Shown here: in pieces, positions 20,852-31,641 of the stretch
Numbering within the stretch: the stretch's first letter is position 1
Layout: every line of letters begins with the position of its first letter
From: Myxococcales bacterium
Lineage (GTDB): Bacteria > Myxococcota_A > Polyangia > Polyangiales > DASUME01
DNA length: 64,000 nucleotides
Direction: 5' to 3'
Assembly (NCBI GenBank): GCA_047601445.1
Contig: JASGJH010000001.1
Coordinates: forward strand, 2,336,001-2,400,000
The notes under the pieces: model-generated
Databases searched by the model: none
The model's input: the letters and a program-made list of their open reading frames with translations, nothing else
What the model was told of the DNA's origin: nothing
Translations under genes and position numbers: made by a program

Positions 20852-21918
20852 CACGTCTTCTCCTTGAAGCGAGCCCTCGACATGAGTCGGGCTCCAAACA
20901 CATTCACGAGCAGCGTGAGCGAGAGCAGCGTGACCGCGGCGTACATCAGCACGGGCACTTGCTTGGGGCTCGCCTCGGGGAAGTTGTTGGCGAGCAGCGC
21001 CGCCAGGGTATTGGCGGGTGAGAACAGCGAGACGTCGATCCGATTGGCGTTCCCCACCAACATCGCAAGCGCCATGGTTTCACCGAGCGCGCGCCCGAAC
21101 GCCAGCATGATGGCGGCCAGGATGCCGCGTTGGGCGCTCGGGATCAGGACGGACAGGATGGTCTCCCAGCGCGTGGCCCCCATGCCATACGAAGCCATCT
21201 GGAGCTTGGTGGGGACCGCGGACAGCGCTTCGCGCGAGAGCGCGGTGATGGTCGGCAAGATCATGATCGCGAGCACCAGTACCGCGGGCAGCACACCGGG
21301 TCCCTGGAAGGGCTCGTCGAACAACGCCATGAAGCCGAAGCGCTCGTGCAACCACTGACAGAACGGGCGGATGGAGGGGATCACCACGAAGATGCCCCAC
21401 AAGCCGTAAACCACGCTCGGAATCGCCGCCAAGAGGTCGATCAGTTGTCGCAGCACCTCGTCGGCCCGATCGGGCAGCTTGGTCCAAAATGGGCGGTGAG
21501 CGAGCTTGAAGCTCCCCAGCACGAGTTGCACGACGCCACCCAGAAAGCCCTGGCTCAGAAAGATGGCCACCGACAGCCCCAGTACGCTCGCGAGCGCGAG
21601 CGCCAGCACCGACGTGTACAGGGTCCCCCAAATCTCCGGCAAGATCCCGAAGGTGCCGCGGTTTGCGTCCCAGGTCTTGCCGATCAGAAAGGCGAAACCG
21701 TACTCACGCATGGCAGGCAACGCCGCGACGCCGATCGCGATCACGATGGCTGCGACCACGAGCATCGAGAGCCAGGCGGAGACGCGGCACATCGCGAGAA
21801 ACAACCCATCGAACGTGCGCTGGCGTCGCGATGGCTCGCGCGCGACATGGCTCTCGAGGGCGACGTCGTGCTCACTCAGGGAAAGGCCCTTGGGATCTCT
21901 CGCCACATGGATCGGCAT
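20851..21918 (-). CDS. pstC: Phosphate ABC transporter permease PstC
   Basis: GILPEIWGTL, LLAAIPSVVYGLWG, GRALGETMA, TLAALLANNFPEA. Confidence 0.95.
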   Translation of the reverse strand: MPIHVARDPKGLSLSEHDVALESHVAREPSRRQRTFDGLFLAMCRVSAWLSMLVVAAIVIAIGVAALPAMREYGFAFLIGKTWDANRGTFGILPEIWGTLYTSVLALALASVLGLSVAIFLSQGFLGGVVQLVLGSFKLAHRPFWTKLPDRADEVLRQLIDLLAAIPSVVYGLWGIFVVIPSIRPFCQWLHERFGFMALFDEPFQGPGVLPAVLVLAIMILPTITALSREALSAVPTKLQMASYGMGATRWETILSVLIPSAQRGILAAIMLAFGRALGETMALAMLVGNANRIDVSLFSPANTLAALLANNFPEASPKQVPVLMYAAVTLLSLTLLVNVFGARLMSRARFKEKT

Positions 21919-21945
21919 CTCTTCCTCCCGGCGCGATCGGTTGCG

Positions 21946-22983
21946 TCAGCGTTGGGCCACCAGCTTCACGTTTTCGACGGCCTCTAGGACCTGCTTCACC
22001 ACCTTGGCGGGCAGTGGGACGTAGCCGAGCGACGCCGCCTGCGACTGGCCCTGACTCAAGCCGTAACGGACGAAGCTACGCAGGGCGTCGAGCTTCTTCG
22101 GGTCCGCGTACTCGCGGTACAAGATGAGCCAGGTGTAAGTCACGATGGGGTACGCATCGTCGGCCATCGGATCGGTATTCCAGCCGATCAAGTTGACCGG
22201 CAAGGTCATGTCCGAAAGCGCTGCCTGCCCTGAGCGCGCGTCGGGCGCCACGAAGCGACCCGCGTGGTTCTCGAGAGCCGCCATCGGCAGCTGCTCCAAC
22301 TTGGCGTAGCCGTACTCCACGTAGCCTATGGAGCCTGGCGTCAGCTCGATACTCGCGGTCACGCCTTCATTGCCCTTGGAGCGTGTTCCCACCGGCCAGT
22401 TGGGCATCTTGTTGGTACCGGGGCCCTCGGCGAACGCGGGGCTGACGGCGCTCAAGTGTTTCGTGAACACGTAGGTAGTGCCGCTGCTGTCCGCGCGCAC
22501 GACCACGTTGATGGGGCTCTCGGGCAGCGCGACGTCCGGATTGTGAGCGGTGATGGCGGGGTCGTTCCAGCGCTTGATGCGGCCGAGGAAGATCCCGGTG
22601 TAGGCCTCGCGACTCAGGTTGAGCTTCTTTACGCCGGGCAAGTTGTAGGCGATCACGATGCTGCCAGCGGTCATCGGGAAGAGCTGTACGCCCTGGGCCA
22701 CGCGCCCCATCTCCTCCTCGGTCATGGCCGCGTCGCTGGCACCGAAGTCCAGCGTGTTGTCGATCACGCCCTTGACCCCGCTGCCGCTACCGACCGACTG
22801 GTAATCGATCAGTACATTGGGATGCGCTTGATAGAACGACTTGATCCAGCTGTCGTAGAGCGGAGCCGGAAAGCTCGCTCCTGCGCCATGGATCTGCACC
22901 ACCTTGGGATCAGGCGTGCAACCGAGCACGAGCCAGGCGAGCAAGGCGAGGCAGCAAACGAGCTGAACGGCCCGCGTTGACAT
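21946..22983 (-). CDS. pstS: Phosphate ABC transporter substrate-binding lipoprotein
   Basis: Lipobox VLGC; GAGASFPAPLY, YQSVGSGSG, DFGASD, RADSSGTT, GYVEYGYA, YPIVTYTW; SD GGAGG. Confidence 0.95.
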   Translation of the reverse strand: MSTRAVQLVCCLALLAWLVLGCTPDPKVVQIHGAGASFPAPLYDSWIKSFYQAHPNVLIDYQSVGSGSGVKGVIDNTLDFGASDAAMTEEEMGRVAQGVQLFPMTAGSIVIAYNLPGVKKLNLSREAYTGIFLGRIKRWNDPAITAHNPDVALPESPINVVVRADSSGTTYVFTKHLSAVSPAFAEGPGTNKMPNWPVGTRSKGNEGVTASIELTPGSIGYVEYGYAKLEQLPMAALENHAGRFVAPDARSGQAALSDMTLPVNLIGWNTDPMADDAYPIVTYTWLILYREYADPKKLDALRSFVRYGLSQGQSQAASLGYVPLPAKVVKQVLEAVENVKLVAQR

Positions 22984-23241
22984 GGTTCCTCCGAGCGCGC
23001 GCTGAGCGGTCCTTTCCGCCCGGGTGCGTGGGGCTAGGTGGACACTCGAAGCTCGACGGCCTGCCAGAAAGAGCTTTGCTACAGAGTTGGCACAAAGGGC
23101 CCGTTGTGGAGCGCGCCGGCATGGGCGCTCGAGTGCGGGAGACATTGCGTTTCAAGCCCCGGACCTACCTGAAGTCCGGCGCCCTCGATGCGCGACGCCC
23201 CCCGCGGCACCGCGGTGTTCCCAGAAACCGAGAGCACACCC

Positions 23242-24249
23242 ATGTCCGTGTCGATGGCCAGAAACGAGCTCGTGAGCAGCCGACTCAAGACGCAGGGTCT
23301 GGTCTGGGCCTATCGCTTCGACGAACAGGTGGAGTGCGCGCGCGAGATCGTCGAGCATGATCTGACTGCGGACTACGCAGGGTGGCTCCATTTCAACTTG
23401 GCGGACCGCCGCACTCGCCCCTGGCTCGAGCGACACGCGCACCTCAGCCAGGCGGCGCTCGACGCACTGACCTTGCCGGGGCCCCAGGCAGGCGCCCAGC
23501 AAGTAGACGACGGCTTCGTGCTGGTGCTGTTCGATGCGGGCGAGCAAGAGCTGAAGCTCGACCCCGAGTCCTTTGGAGCGCTGCATTTGTACTTCGACGC
23601 CACGCGTGTGATCAGCGCGCGCACGCGAGCCCTTCACTGCGCCGACGTGCTGCGGCGAGAGTTCGCGGAGGGGCATGCGGCCCACTCATCCGGTGAGCTG
23701 GTGGAACGGCTGGTGCAGAGCGTGGCGGACAACTTTGCGGCCACGGTGAGACAGGCGGGCGATGACGTGGACGACGTCGAGGACGTGATCCTGTCGGAGC
23801 AGCTGCAAGATCAGGGGAGACACCTGGGACGCCTGCGTCGCTTGCTGGCCCGCTTGCGCCGTCACCTCGCGGCCAACCGCAGCACCGTGGCGGGCATCAC
23901 GGCCTTGCTGTCGGAGGACTCCGAGGAGGAGCAACGCGAGCGCTTCGTGACGCTGGCTCGGCGCCTCGAAAGCGTGGCCCAGGATCTCGACCTGGTACAG
24001 GAGCGCGGGCGCCTGCTGCAGGAGGAGATCGCGGCCCGACTCAACGAGCAGACCAACCGCAACCTCTACGTGCTGGCGGTGGTGACCACGGTGATGCTGC
24101 CGGTGACCTTGGTAACCGGGATGCTCGGCATGAACGTGAGCGGGCTCCCCTGGGGGAACAGCGAACATGGTTTTCTCTGGATGTGCGGCGTGATGTTCGC
24201 GGTGGCCGCGTTGGTGCTCCGGCTGATGCGCAAGGCGCGCATGGTGTAG
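23242..24249 (+). CDS. CorA/ZntB-family divalent cation transporter
   Basis: WLHFNL, long helical stalk, NRNLYVLAVVT..LPVTLVTGMLGMNVSGLP (GMN motif), two C-terminal TMs. Confidence 0.9.
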   Translation: MSVSMARNELVSSRLKTQGLVWAYRFDEQVECAREIVEHDLTADYAGWLHFNLADRRTRPWLERHAHLSQAALDALTLPGPQAGAQQVDDGFVLVLFDAGEQELKLDPESFGALHLYFDATRVISARTRALHCADVLRREFAEGHAAHSSGELVERLVQSVADNFAATVRQAGDDVDDVEDVILSEQLQDQGRHLGRLRRLLARLRRHLAANRSTVAGITALLSEDSEEEQRERFVTLARRLESVAQDLDLVQERGRLLQEEIAARLNEQTNRNLYVLAVVTTVMLPVTLVTGMLGMNVSGLPWGNSEHGFLWMCGVMFAVAALVLRLMRKARMV

Positions 24250-24287
24250 CGAGGCAGCCGAAGCTCGAATCCTCGGCTCTCCAAAGC

Positions 24288-24319
24288 GAAACGGCGACCC
24301 CTTTCGGAGCCGCCGTCTC
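24288..24319 (-). terminator. Hairpin terminator after sucD (possibly bidirectional)
   Basis: Minus strand GAGACGGCGGCTCC-GAAA-GGGGTCGCCGTTTC: 14-bp stem with G-U pairs and GNRA loop, followed by GCTTT; between convergent genes. Confidence 0.7.
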
Positions 24320-24346
24320 GTTCGAGCGCTTGGCTTTCGCCTCAGC

Positions 24347-25222
<876 letters not shown>

Positions 25223-25225
25223 GAC

Positions 25226-26407
25226 TCAACCACCCTTCTTCACGAGGTCGACGATCTTCTGCGCACCGTCCTTCATGGTGTCCGCAGCGGTGATCTTCAG
25301 GCCCGAGTTATTCAGAATTTCTTTACCCTTGGCGACGTTGGTGCCTTCGAGGCGCACGACGAGCGGCACGTTGAGGCCGAGCTCCTTGGTCGCGGCGACC
25401 ACGCCCTCGGCGATGATGTCGCACTTCATGATGCCACCGAAGATGTTCACGAAGATGCCCTTCACGTCGGACGACGAGAGGATGATCTTGAACGCCTTGG
25501 TGACCTGTTCCTTGTTGGCGCCGCCGCCCACATCGAGGAAGTTCGCCGGCTCGCCGCCGAAGTACTTGATGATGTCCATGGTGGCCATGGCGAGGCCCGC
25601 ACCGTTCACCAGGCAGCCGATGTTGCCATCGAGCTGGATGTAGCTGAGGCCCGTCTTCTTGGCCTCGATCTCGGTGGCGTTCTCTTCGCTCATGTCACGC
25701 AACGTGTCCCACTCCTTGTGGCGGAAGTCGGCGTTGGTGTCGAAGTTGAGCTTGGCATCCAGGGCGAGCACATGGTCGTCCTTGGTGACGATTAGCGGGT
25801 TCACCTCGGCGAGCGAGCAGTCTTCCTTGACGAAGAGCTCGTAGAAGCTGGTCACCAGCTTGTTGAACTCGCTGGCCGTCTGACCGGAGAGGCCGAGGGC
25901 GAACGCGAGCTGACGAGCCTGGAAGGGCGCGAGGCCGACGGCCGGGTCCACCGCCACCTTGAGGATCTTCTCAGGGTGCTTCTCGGCGACTTCTTCGATG
26001 TCCATGCCGCCCTCGGTGGACGCCATGATGGTGACCCTGCGGGTCTCGCGATCGATGACGGCAGCGAGGTAGAGCTCGCGGGCGATCGGCAAGCCCTGCT
26101 CGATCAGCAAGCGCTGGACCTTCTTGCCCTCGGGGCCGGTCTGGTGCGTGACCAGCTGCATGCCGAAGATTTCCTGGATGGCCTGCTTGGCCGCTTCGAG
26201 GCCCTTCTTGACCTTGACGCCACCGCCCTTACCGCGGCCGCCCGCGTGGATCTGGGCCTTGACCACGACGACGTCGTTGCCGGTCTCCGCGATCAGCGTC
26301 TCGGCGGCCTTCTCGGCCTCCGCCACGGTGAATGCGGGAATGCCCTTGGGGACTGGAATCCCGTATTTCCGAAACAGGTCTTTGCCTTGGTACTCATGAA
26401 TGTTCAT
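25226..26407 (-). CDS. sucC: Succinyl-CoA synthetase beta subunit
   Basis: [46 protein letters not shown]. Confidence 0.97.
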   Translation of the reverse strand: MNIHEYQGKDLFRKYGIPVPKGIPAFTVAEAEKAAETLIAETGNDVVVVKAQIHAGGRGKGGGVKVKKGLEAAKQAIQEIFGMQLVTHQTGPEGKKVQRLLIEQGLPIARELYLAAVIDRETRRVTIMASTEGGMDIEEVAEKHPEKILKVAVDPAVGLAPFQARQLAFALGLSGQTASEFNKLVTSFYELFVKEDCSLAEVNPLIVTKDDHVLALDAKLNFDTNADFRHKEWDTLRDMSEENATEIEAKKTGLSYIQLDGNIGCLVNGAGLAMATMDIIKYFGGEPANFLDVGGGANKEQVTKAFKIILSSSDVKGIFVNIFGGIMKCDIIAEGVVAATKELGLNVPLVVRLEGTNVAKGKEILNNSGLKITAADTMKDGAQKIVDLVKKGG

Positions 26408-26770
26408 AGGTCACCCTCGGAGCTTTGCTGCGGCTTCGATAAGCTCTTGGTCGAGCGTGATCTGGTTCCGCTGCGGCATCTTTGCTTGCTTCCTGACCCG
26501 CGCTGGACTCAGCCACGGGCGCGCGTCGCCCTGGCGGGCCGAGCTGCGGTTGGCCGGCAGCTAGGTACCTGTCGCGGGCGGGGCCGGATATAGCACGCGG
26601 CTTACTAGACACGAGTCCCGTGAACCGGGAAGACAACCCCCGCGGGCGTGCCCCGGGTCCCCTCCCCGTTCGAGCACGGATTTTGGTCCGCCGCGGGTCA
26701 AGCCCGAGTGCCCGGCCGCGCCGCTGGGGGCCCCGTCCCCCGGGCCAACCGAGCGGGCCCGACGTCTGTC

Positions 26771-27667
26771 CTAGCCCCGCGGATGGTAGCGACTGTGAAC
26801 GCTGCGGAGACGGTCGGTCATCACGTGGGTGTAGACCTGGGTAGTCGAAATATCGGCGTGGCCGAGCATGGACTGCACCGCCCGCAAATCGGCACCCGCC
26901 TCGAGCAGGTGGGTAGCGAAGGAGTGACGTAGCTTATGTGGGCTGACCGGCTTCACGATCCCAGCTATCAGGGCGTAGCGCCGAATGTTCTTCCAGAACC
27001 CCTGGCGGGTCAGGGGCGCGCCCCTGGCCGTCACGAACAGGTGGGGAACCGAGGCGTCGGCCCAGGCACCGCGCACCGTGGCCAGATAGCGCTCGATCCA
27101 CTCTATGGCCGCGTCGCCCAAGGGCACCAAACGCTGTTTGTCGCCCTTGCCGCGCGCCAGCAGCAGCCCTCGATCGAGCATGACGTCGGCCCGTTTGAGC
27201 CCCACGAGCTCGGACACGCGCAGGCCACTCGCGTACATGGTGTACAGCATGGCGCGGTCGCGTAACCCTGCGGGTTCCGTTACCTCGGGCGCGTCGAGGA
27301 GGCGCTCGACCTCTTCGCGGCTGAGCACCACGGGCAGGCGCGCGCGCTTGCGCGGTGCGTCGAGGAGCTCGGTGGGATCACTCTCGAGCTGTCCCTCGCT
27401 TCGTAGGTAGCGGCACAGACCGCGCAGTGCCGACAGGTAACGGGCTTGCGAACGCGCGCCGACACCGCGCTGAGACAGAGCCGAGAGGAACACGGCGATC
27501 TGCTCGGCACTGATGCCCTGATTCACACCTCCGTGTGCCTCGAGGTGTGAGACGAACTCGCGCAGATCGTGGGCGTACGCCTCTTGGGTGTTGGCGCTCA
27601 GACCACGCTCCACCCGCAGATGCTCCAGGTAGTCGTCCACCCCAAACGAGATGTCTTGCGCGCGCAC
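26771..27667 (-). CDS. xerD: Site-specific tyrosine recombinase XerD
   Basis: [75 protein letters not shown] 27667. Confidence 0.92.
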   Translation of the reverse strand: MRAQDISFGVDDYLEHLRVERGLSANTQEAYAHDLREFVSHLEAHGGVNQGISAEQIAVFLSALSQRGVGARSQARYLSALRGLCRYLRSEGQLESDPTELLDAPRKRARLPVVLSREEVERLLDAPEVTEPAGLRDRAMLYTMYASGLRVSELVGLKRADVMLDRGLLLARGKGDKQRLVPLGDAAIEWIERYLATVRGAWADASVPHLFVTARGAPLTRQGFWKNIRRYALIAGIVKPVSPHKLRHSFATHLLEAGADLRAVQSMLGHADISTTQVYTHVMTDRLRSVHSRYHPRG

Positions 27668-27759
27668 TGAGCCACCTTGCCACGGTCCACACATCCGCCC
27701 CAAATAACGCGCGTTTTTGCGCGCAGGTGCGGACTCTCGTTGTGGTACAGTCGCGCTAG

Positions 27760-27960
27760 ATGTTGTCCCTTGCGCAACTGCGCATCGACGCACTGTTGGC
27801 AGTTCTCGTCAGTACTGCGTGCGCGATGCTGTTACTGCGTGCTTGCATCACTGTGAGCAAGCGAGCGTTGCTGGCGCGCGATGAAGCAGCAATCCGCTCC
27901 GTCGAGCGGGCGCGACACCTGCAAGGGACGGATCTCGGACGGACAGAGCAGCCGCCGTGA
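27760..27960 (+). CDS. Putative small membrane protein (66 aa)
   Basis: Hydrophobic segment IDALLAVLVSTACAMLLL; ATG lies 8 nt after an extended -10 (TGGTACAGT); fills an otherwise empty intergenic space. Confidence 0.35.
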   Translation: MLSLAQLRIDALLAVLVSTACAMLLLRACITVSKRALLARDEAAIRSVERARHLQGTDLGRTEQPP

Positions 27961-28041
27961 GATCGTCTTGGTTGGAGAGGCGAAACGACGATAGACGTGA
28001 ACCCCACAACGGGGCAAAGTTGAAACCAGCGAGGTGAGCCT

Positions 28042-28854
28042 ATGGCACGGCTGATTGGATACATGGCAAACCGCGCGGATCGCCTGAGAGATGCGTTCCA
28101 TCAGGAACGGCACGCAGTCGCTGGCTTGCCCGCCGATCAACGCGGGGCGTGGGGCATCGGCTTCTATCAAGGCGACGAAGTGCTGCACAAGAAGCAGCCC
28201 ACGCCGGACGGCGAACCCATCCACTGGGAAGCCATCGCCGCCAACGTAAAGACCGATTGTGCCGTGGCGCATCTGCGCCAAGCCACGGTGGGCGGCTTCA
28301 GCGTGGACAACACTCACCCCTTCCGCTTCCGTCAGTGGCTGTTCGCGCACGTGGGCACCATCACTGCGTTCGACGAGATCAAGGCCAAGCTCCAGGCAGA
28401 GCTCCCTGACTTCCTGCGCCGAAACATCCGCGGCAGCTCCGACAGTGAGCTGTTCTTCCATCTCATCCTGGGACGCCTGCATGCGGCCGGACAGTTGGAA
28501 GCGGCGCTGCCGGGCAGCCCGGTCATGGTCGACGCCATCGGCTCCGCCGTACGCATCATCGACACTGTCGTGGGGAGTTCGCGCGAGGTGAGCACCCTCA
28601 ACATCATCTTGAGCAACGGGCGCGCGATGTACGCCCTGCGGCGCGGTGGCTCCTTCGGCTACGTCGAGCGCACCGGCTTGCACGACCCGGTCGAGCACCA
28701 GGAGGAGCGTCCGCCCCGCCCCGGGTCCCCGCTCTTGCACTACGTGATGATGGTCTCGGGAGGCCACGACGTGCCCGCCGGCTACACAGCCCTCGAGAAC
28801 AACCAGCTCGCCATCTTCAACCGCGACCTGGCGGTCCAGCTCCACCAGCTCTAG
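28042..28854 (+). CDS. Class II glutamine amidotransferase (YafJ/EgtC-like) homologue lacking the catalytic Cys
   Basis: WGIGFY, AHLRQATVG, NTHPF, GSSDSE, LNIILSNG; N-terminus MARL rather than MCRL; SD GAGGTGA. Confidence 0.85.
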   Translation: MARLIGYMANRADRLRDAFHQERHAVAGLPADQRGAWGIGFYQGDEVLHKKQPTPDGEPIHWEAIAANVKTDCAVAHLRQATVGGFSVDNTHPFRFRQWLFAHVGTITAFDEIKAKLQAELPDFLRRNIRGSSDSELFFHLILGRLHAAGQLEAALPGSPVMVDAIGSAVRIIDTVVGSSREVSTLNIILSNGRAMYALRRGGSFGYVERTGLHDPVEHQEERPPRPGSPLLHYVMMVSGGHDVPAGYTALENNQLAIFNRDLAVQLHQL

Positions 28855-28918
28855 ACGCGCAGCGACTTCCCGCAGCCAGCGGTTTCCCCGCCGCGGCAGC
28901 TCGGGTATGGTCGCGTTC

Positions 28919-29251
28919 ATGGCCGCCGCAACCCACACCCGGGTCGTGCTTTCCACCGTTCCGAACGAGCAAATCGGCGAGCGCATCGCCCGTGCCCTGC
29001 TCGAGGAAAACCTGGTCGCATGCGTGAACATGGTGCCAGGCATCCGTTCGCTGTATCGGTGGCAGGGCTCCATCCAAGACGACCAGGAATACCTGCTGGT
29101 CATCAAGACGCGGTCCGACCGCTACGAAAAGGTCGAGCAGAGGCTGCGGGAGCTCCACCCTTACGAGGTGTGCGAGGTACTGGCCTTCGATGTGGCCGCG
29201 GGCTCGAAGAGCTATCTGGATTGGGTGCTGGCCGAGACGCGGGACGCCTAG
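28919..29251 (+). CDS. cutA: Divalent-cation tolerance protein CutA
   Basis: IARALLEENLVACVN, SLYRWQG, E.LLVIKT, HPYEV, YLDWV. Confidence 0.93.
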   Translation: MAAATHTRVVLSTVPNEQIGERIARALLEENLVACVNMVPGIRSLYRWQGSIQDDQEYLLVIKTRSDRYEKVEQRLRELHPYEVCEVLAFDVAAGSKSYLDWVLAETRDA

Positions 29252-29379
29252 GCGATCGCAGGGCATCGCGGGCGATTCCCGCCTAAACCAGCGGCTTCAC
29301 GCAACTTTGCTCCCGAGAAGGCGGCGCGACGTAAACCTGCCTTTCCTTGGGGTGAAGTGCCGGGATACCCTCTTGACCC

Positions 29380-31597
29380 ATGAGGGGAATTGCGGGGTGG
29401 TTCAAGGTAGGCACAGTGTGCTGCCTGCTCTCGGTGGTCGGCTGCGACAGCGGCAACAAGAACGAGGGACATGAGCTCGAAGGCTCGACACGCAGTCTGC
29501 GCGGTCGCGCCTTCAGCAGCGACACTGGCAAGCCGCTGACGGATGCGCTGGTGACGATCGGGGGCTCCTCGGGAAACAGCGACGGCGAGGGCGCCTTTAC
29601 GCTCAGCTACTCGAGCTCGGCCAAGGATAGAGACCTCCAGGTCAACGCCAAGGAATACGCTCCGGTGCGCAAGTCGGTGCCCGCTGGCGACGGCTACGTC
29701 GAGGTGTTCGCCAAGAGCATCGACGCCAAGGAGACGGTCGCGCCCGACAAGGACGGCGTGGTGAAGTCGGACAAGGGTGCCTCCCTGGAGATCAAGGCTG
29801 GTTCCCTCGAGACGAAGGACGGAAAGTCCCCGAAGGAGATCGAACTGGCAGTCGCAGCGCCCGACGCGAAGCGCGCCACCGATCTCGACGCGCTGCCCGG
29901 CGATTTCGCAGCCAAGCAAGGCGACGTGATCGGCAAAGTGTCAGCCTCGGCTCCCGTCTACATCGACGCCAGCGAGAAGGGCCAAGAACTCAACCTGAAG
30001 GCAGGCCAGAAGGCGAACGTCACGCTGCCCGCCAGCGGCAAGAAGAAGGCTGCCCAGCCCACCCTGTATCGCTTCGACGAGGTGCTCGGCCTCTGGCTCG
30101 AGGCGGGGCCCGCGGTGGAGGGCCTCGATGGGGACGGTTTGCCCGTGTTCTCGGCCGAGGTCGATCGCTTCGGCTGGTTCACGGTCGGCACCTTCATCGG
30201 AGAACTGAGCTGCATCCGCACCTGCGTGGTGCACGAAAATCAAACGCCGGTGCCGTTTGCGCGCGCTGTGGTCACGGGCGTCGACCTGTTCACACAGAGC
30301 GTGGCCTTCGCCGGAGCAGATGGCTGCCTCGCGCTCAGCGTGCCCGCCAACGCGCGGCTCACGCTCAGCGTGCAGAGCGAGGGCGCGCGGGCGGCTCCGC
30401 AGGTCGTGCAGAGCACCACCGGCGGCAACGCGGCCCAACCGGACACGTGTTTGCAGTTGCCTCCCGTGGTGCTCGCTGCAAGCCAGCCGAGCACTTGCCC
30501 GCTCGGCTTCGCCTCCTGCGGCGACAGCTGCGTGGACATCGCGCGCGATCCGGCGAACTGCGGTGGCTGCGGCCAAAGCTGCGGCACCAACCTCTGTGCG
30601 GGCGCGCGCTGCGTGGATCTCGGTGCCACAGGACAAGCCCGACGCTGGCGCGATCGATCCCAAAACCGACGCCTCCACACCGCCGCCCGACGCGGGCCCC
30701 GGCTGCGTGGCGAGCACCGAAGATTGCTTCAACGGCACGGATGACGACTGTGACGGTCTGCCCGACTGCGCCGATTCCGAATGCACGGGGCCCGCGGCCT
30801 GCGCCCCAGAAGGAATGGCGCTCGGCTTCCTGCAAGCCGCGGGGTCCACGTGTCCTACCGGTACGACCCCTGACGCACAGCCGTTGCACCAAAATCCGCA
30901 GAGCGGAAGCTGCCAGGGTTGCGGCTGCGGCGCCGTTTCAGCGACCACCTGCGTGGCGACCGTCTCGGGCACGACCGGCAGCTGCCCCAGCGGGGGAACG
31001 CCCATCGCCACGTACAACTTCACGACGATCAACTCGTACACCTGCAGCTCCAACGCGGTGTCCTACGACAATTGGTACGGCTTCCACGCCACCTTCACCA
31101 CGACTCCGGGCACATGTCCCCCAAACGGCAGCCCGAAACCCTCCATGCTCGCCTGGAACAGCGACGCAGTGTTCTGCCGGATCCTGCGCAGCGGCACGGG
31201 TTGCGGCACTGGACAGGTCTGTTTGCCCCGCAACGATACGGTCCCGACCGCCAAGCTCTGCGATCAGATCGCTTCCGGCAGCTGTCAGGCGTCACAGACT
31301 ACCCAGACCTGGTACACGGGCGCGGACGATGGGCGCTCGTGTGGCGCGTGCAAATGCACCGCATCGGGAGCCGGCTGTAGCAACGTGAAGGTGCAGTTCG
31401 GGTCCGACTACGGCTGCGACGCCTACATCGTTGTGGTGGGCGACGGAGAAACGGCCTGCAGCCCGCAACAGTACGGCAACTACTCGCCAGAAGCGAAGCT
31501 GATCGGGACCCCGACCAATGCGACCTGCGCAGCCTCTGCTCCACTGCAGGGTTCCATCCTGCCAGTCGGAGCAACCACGCTCTGTTGCGCCCCATGA
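29380..31597 (+). CDS. Cys-rich lipoprotein with carboxypeptidase-regulatory-like and ZU5-like regions; split by a +1 frameshift at ~30622
   Basis: Lipobox VVGC; TGKPLTDALVTIGG; DPANCGGCGQSC module; EDCFNGTDDDCDGLPDCADSEC; removing one G at 30622-30623 joins ORFs 29380..30744 and 30257..31597 (~738 aa). Confidence 0.75.
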
Positions 31598-31641
31598 GCT
31601 AGCGACCCGGGTTCCACGGGCGGAGCCGGCCTCTCGCTAGC
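31598..31641. terminator. Inverted repeat between convergent genes
   Basis: GCTAGCGA...TCGCTAGC outer arms with an imperfect inner stem CCGGGTTCC/GGAGCCGG. Confidence 0.4.

Noticed and set aside
23088..23105. TGGCAC as a sigma-54 promoter for corA (similar hits at ~17757, ~18133, ~28043)
   Set aside because: No GC at the -12 position (GG-N10-GC not met).
26620..26770. GC-rich hairpins downstream of xerD as an ncRNA
   Set aside because: Only short stems expected by chance at this GC content; no recognisable motif.
26771..27667. Tyrosine recombinase as a prophage or island integrase
   Set aside because: XerD signatures ([21 protein letters not shown]), housekeeping neighbours, and no att repeat, tRNA or phage genes.
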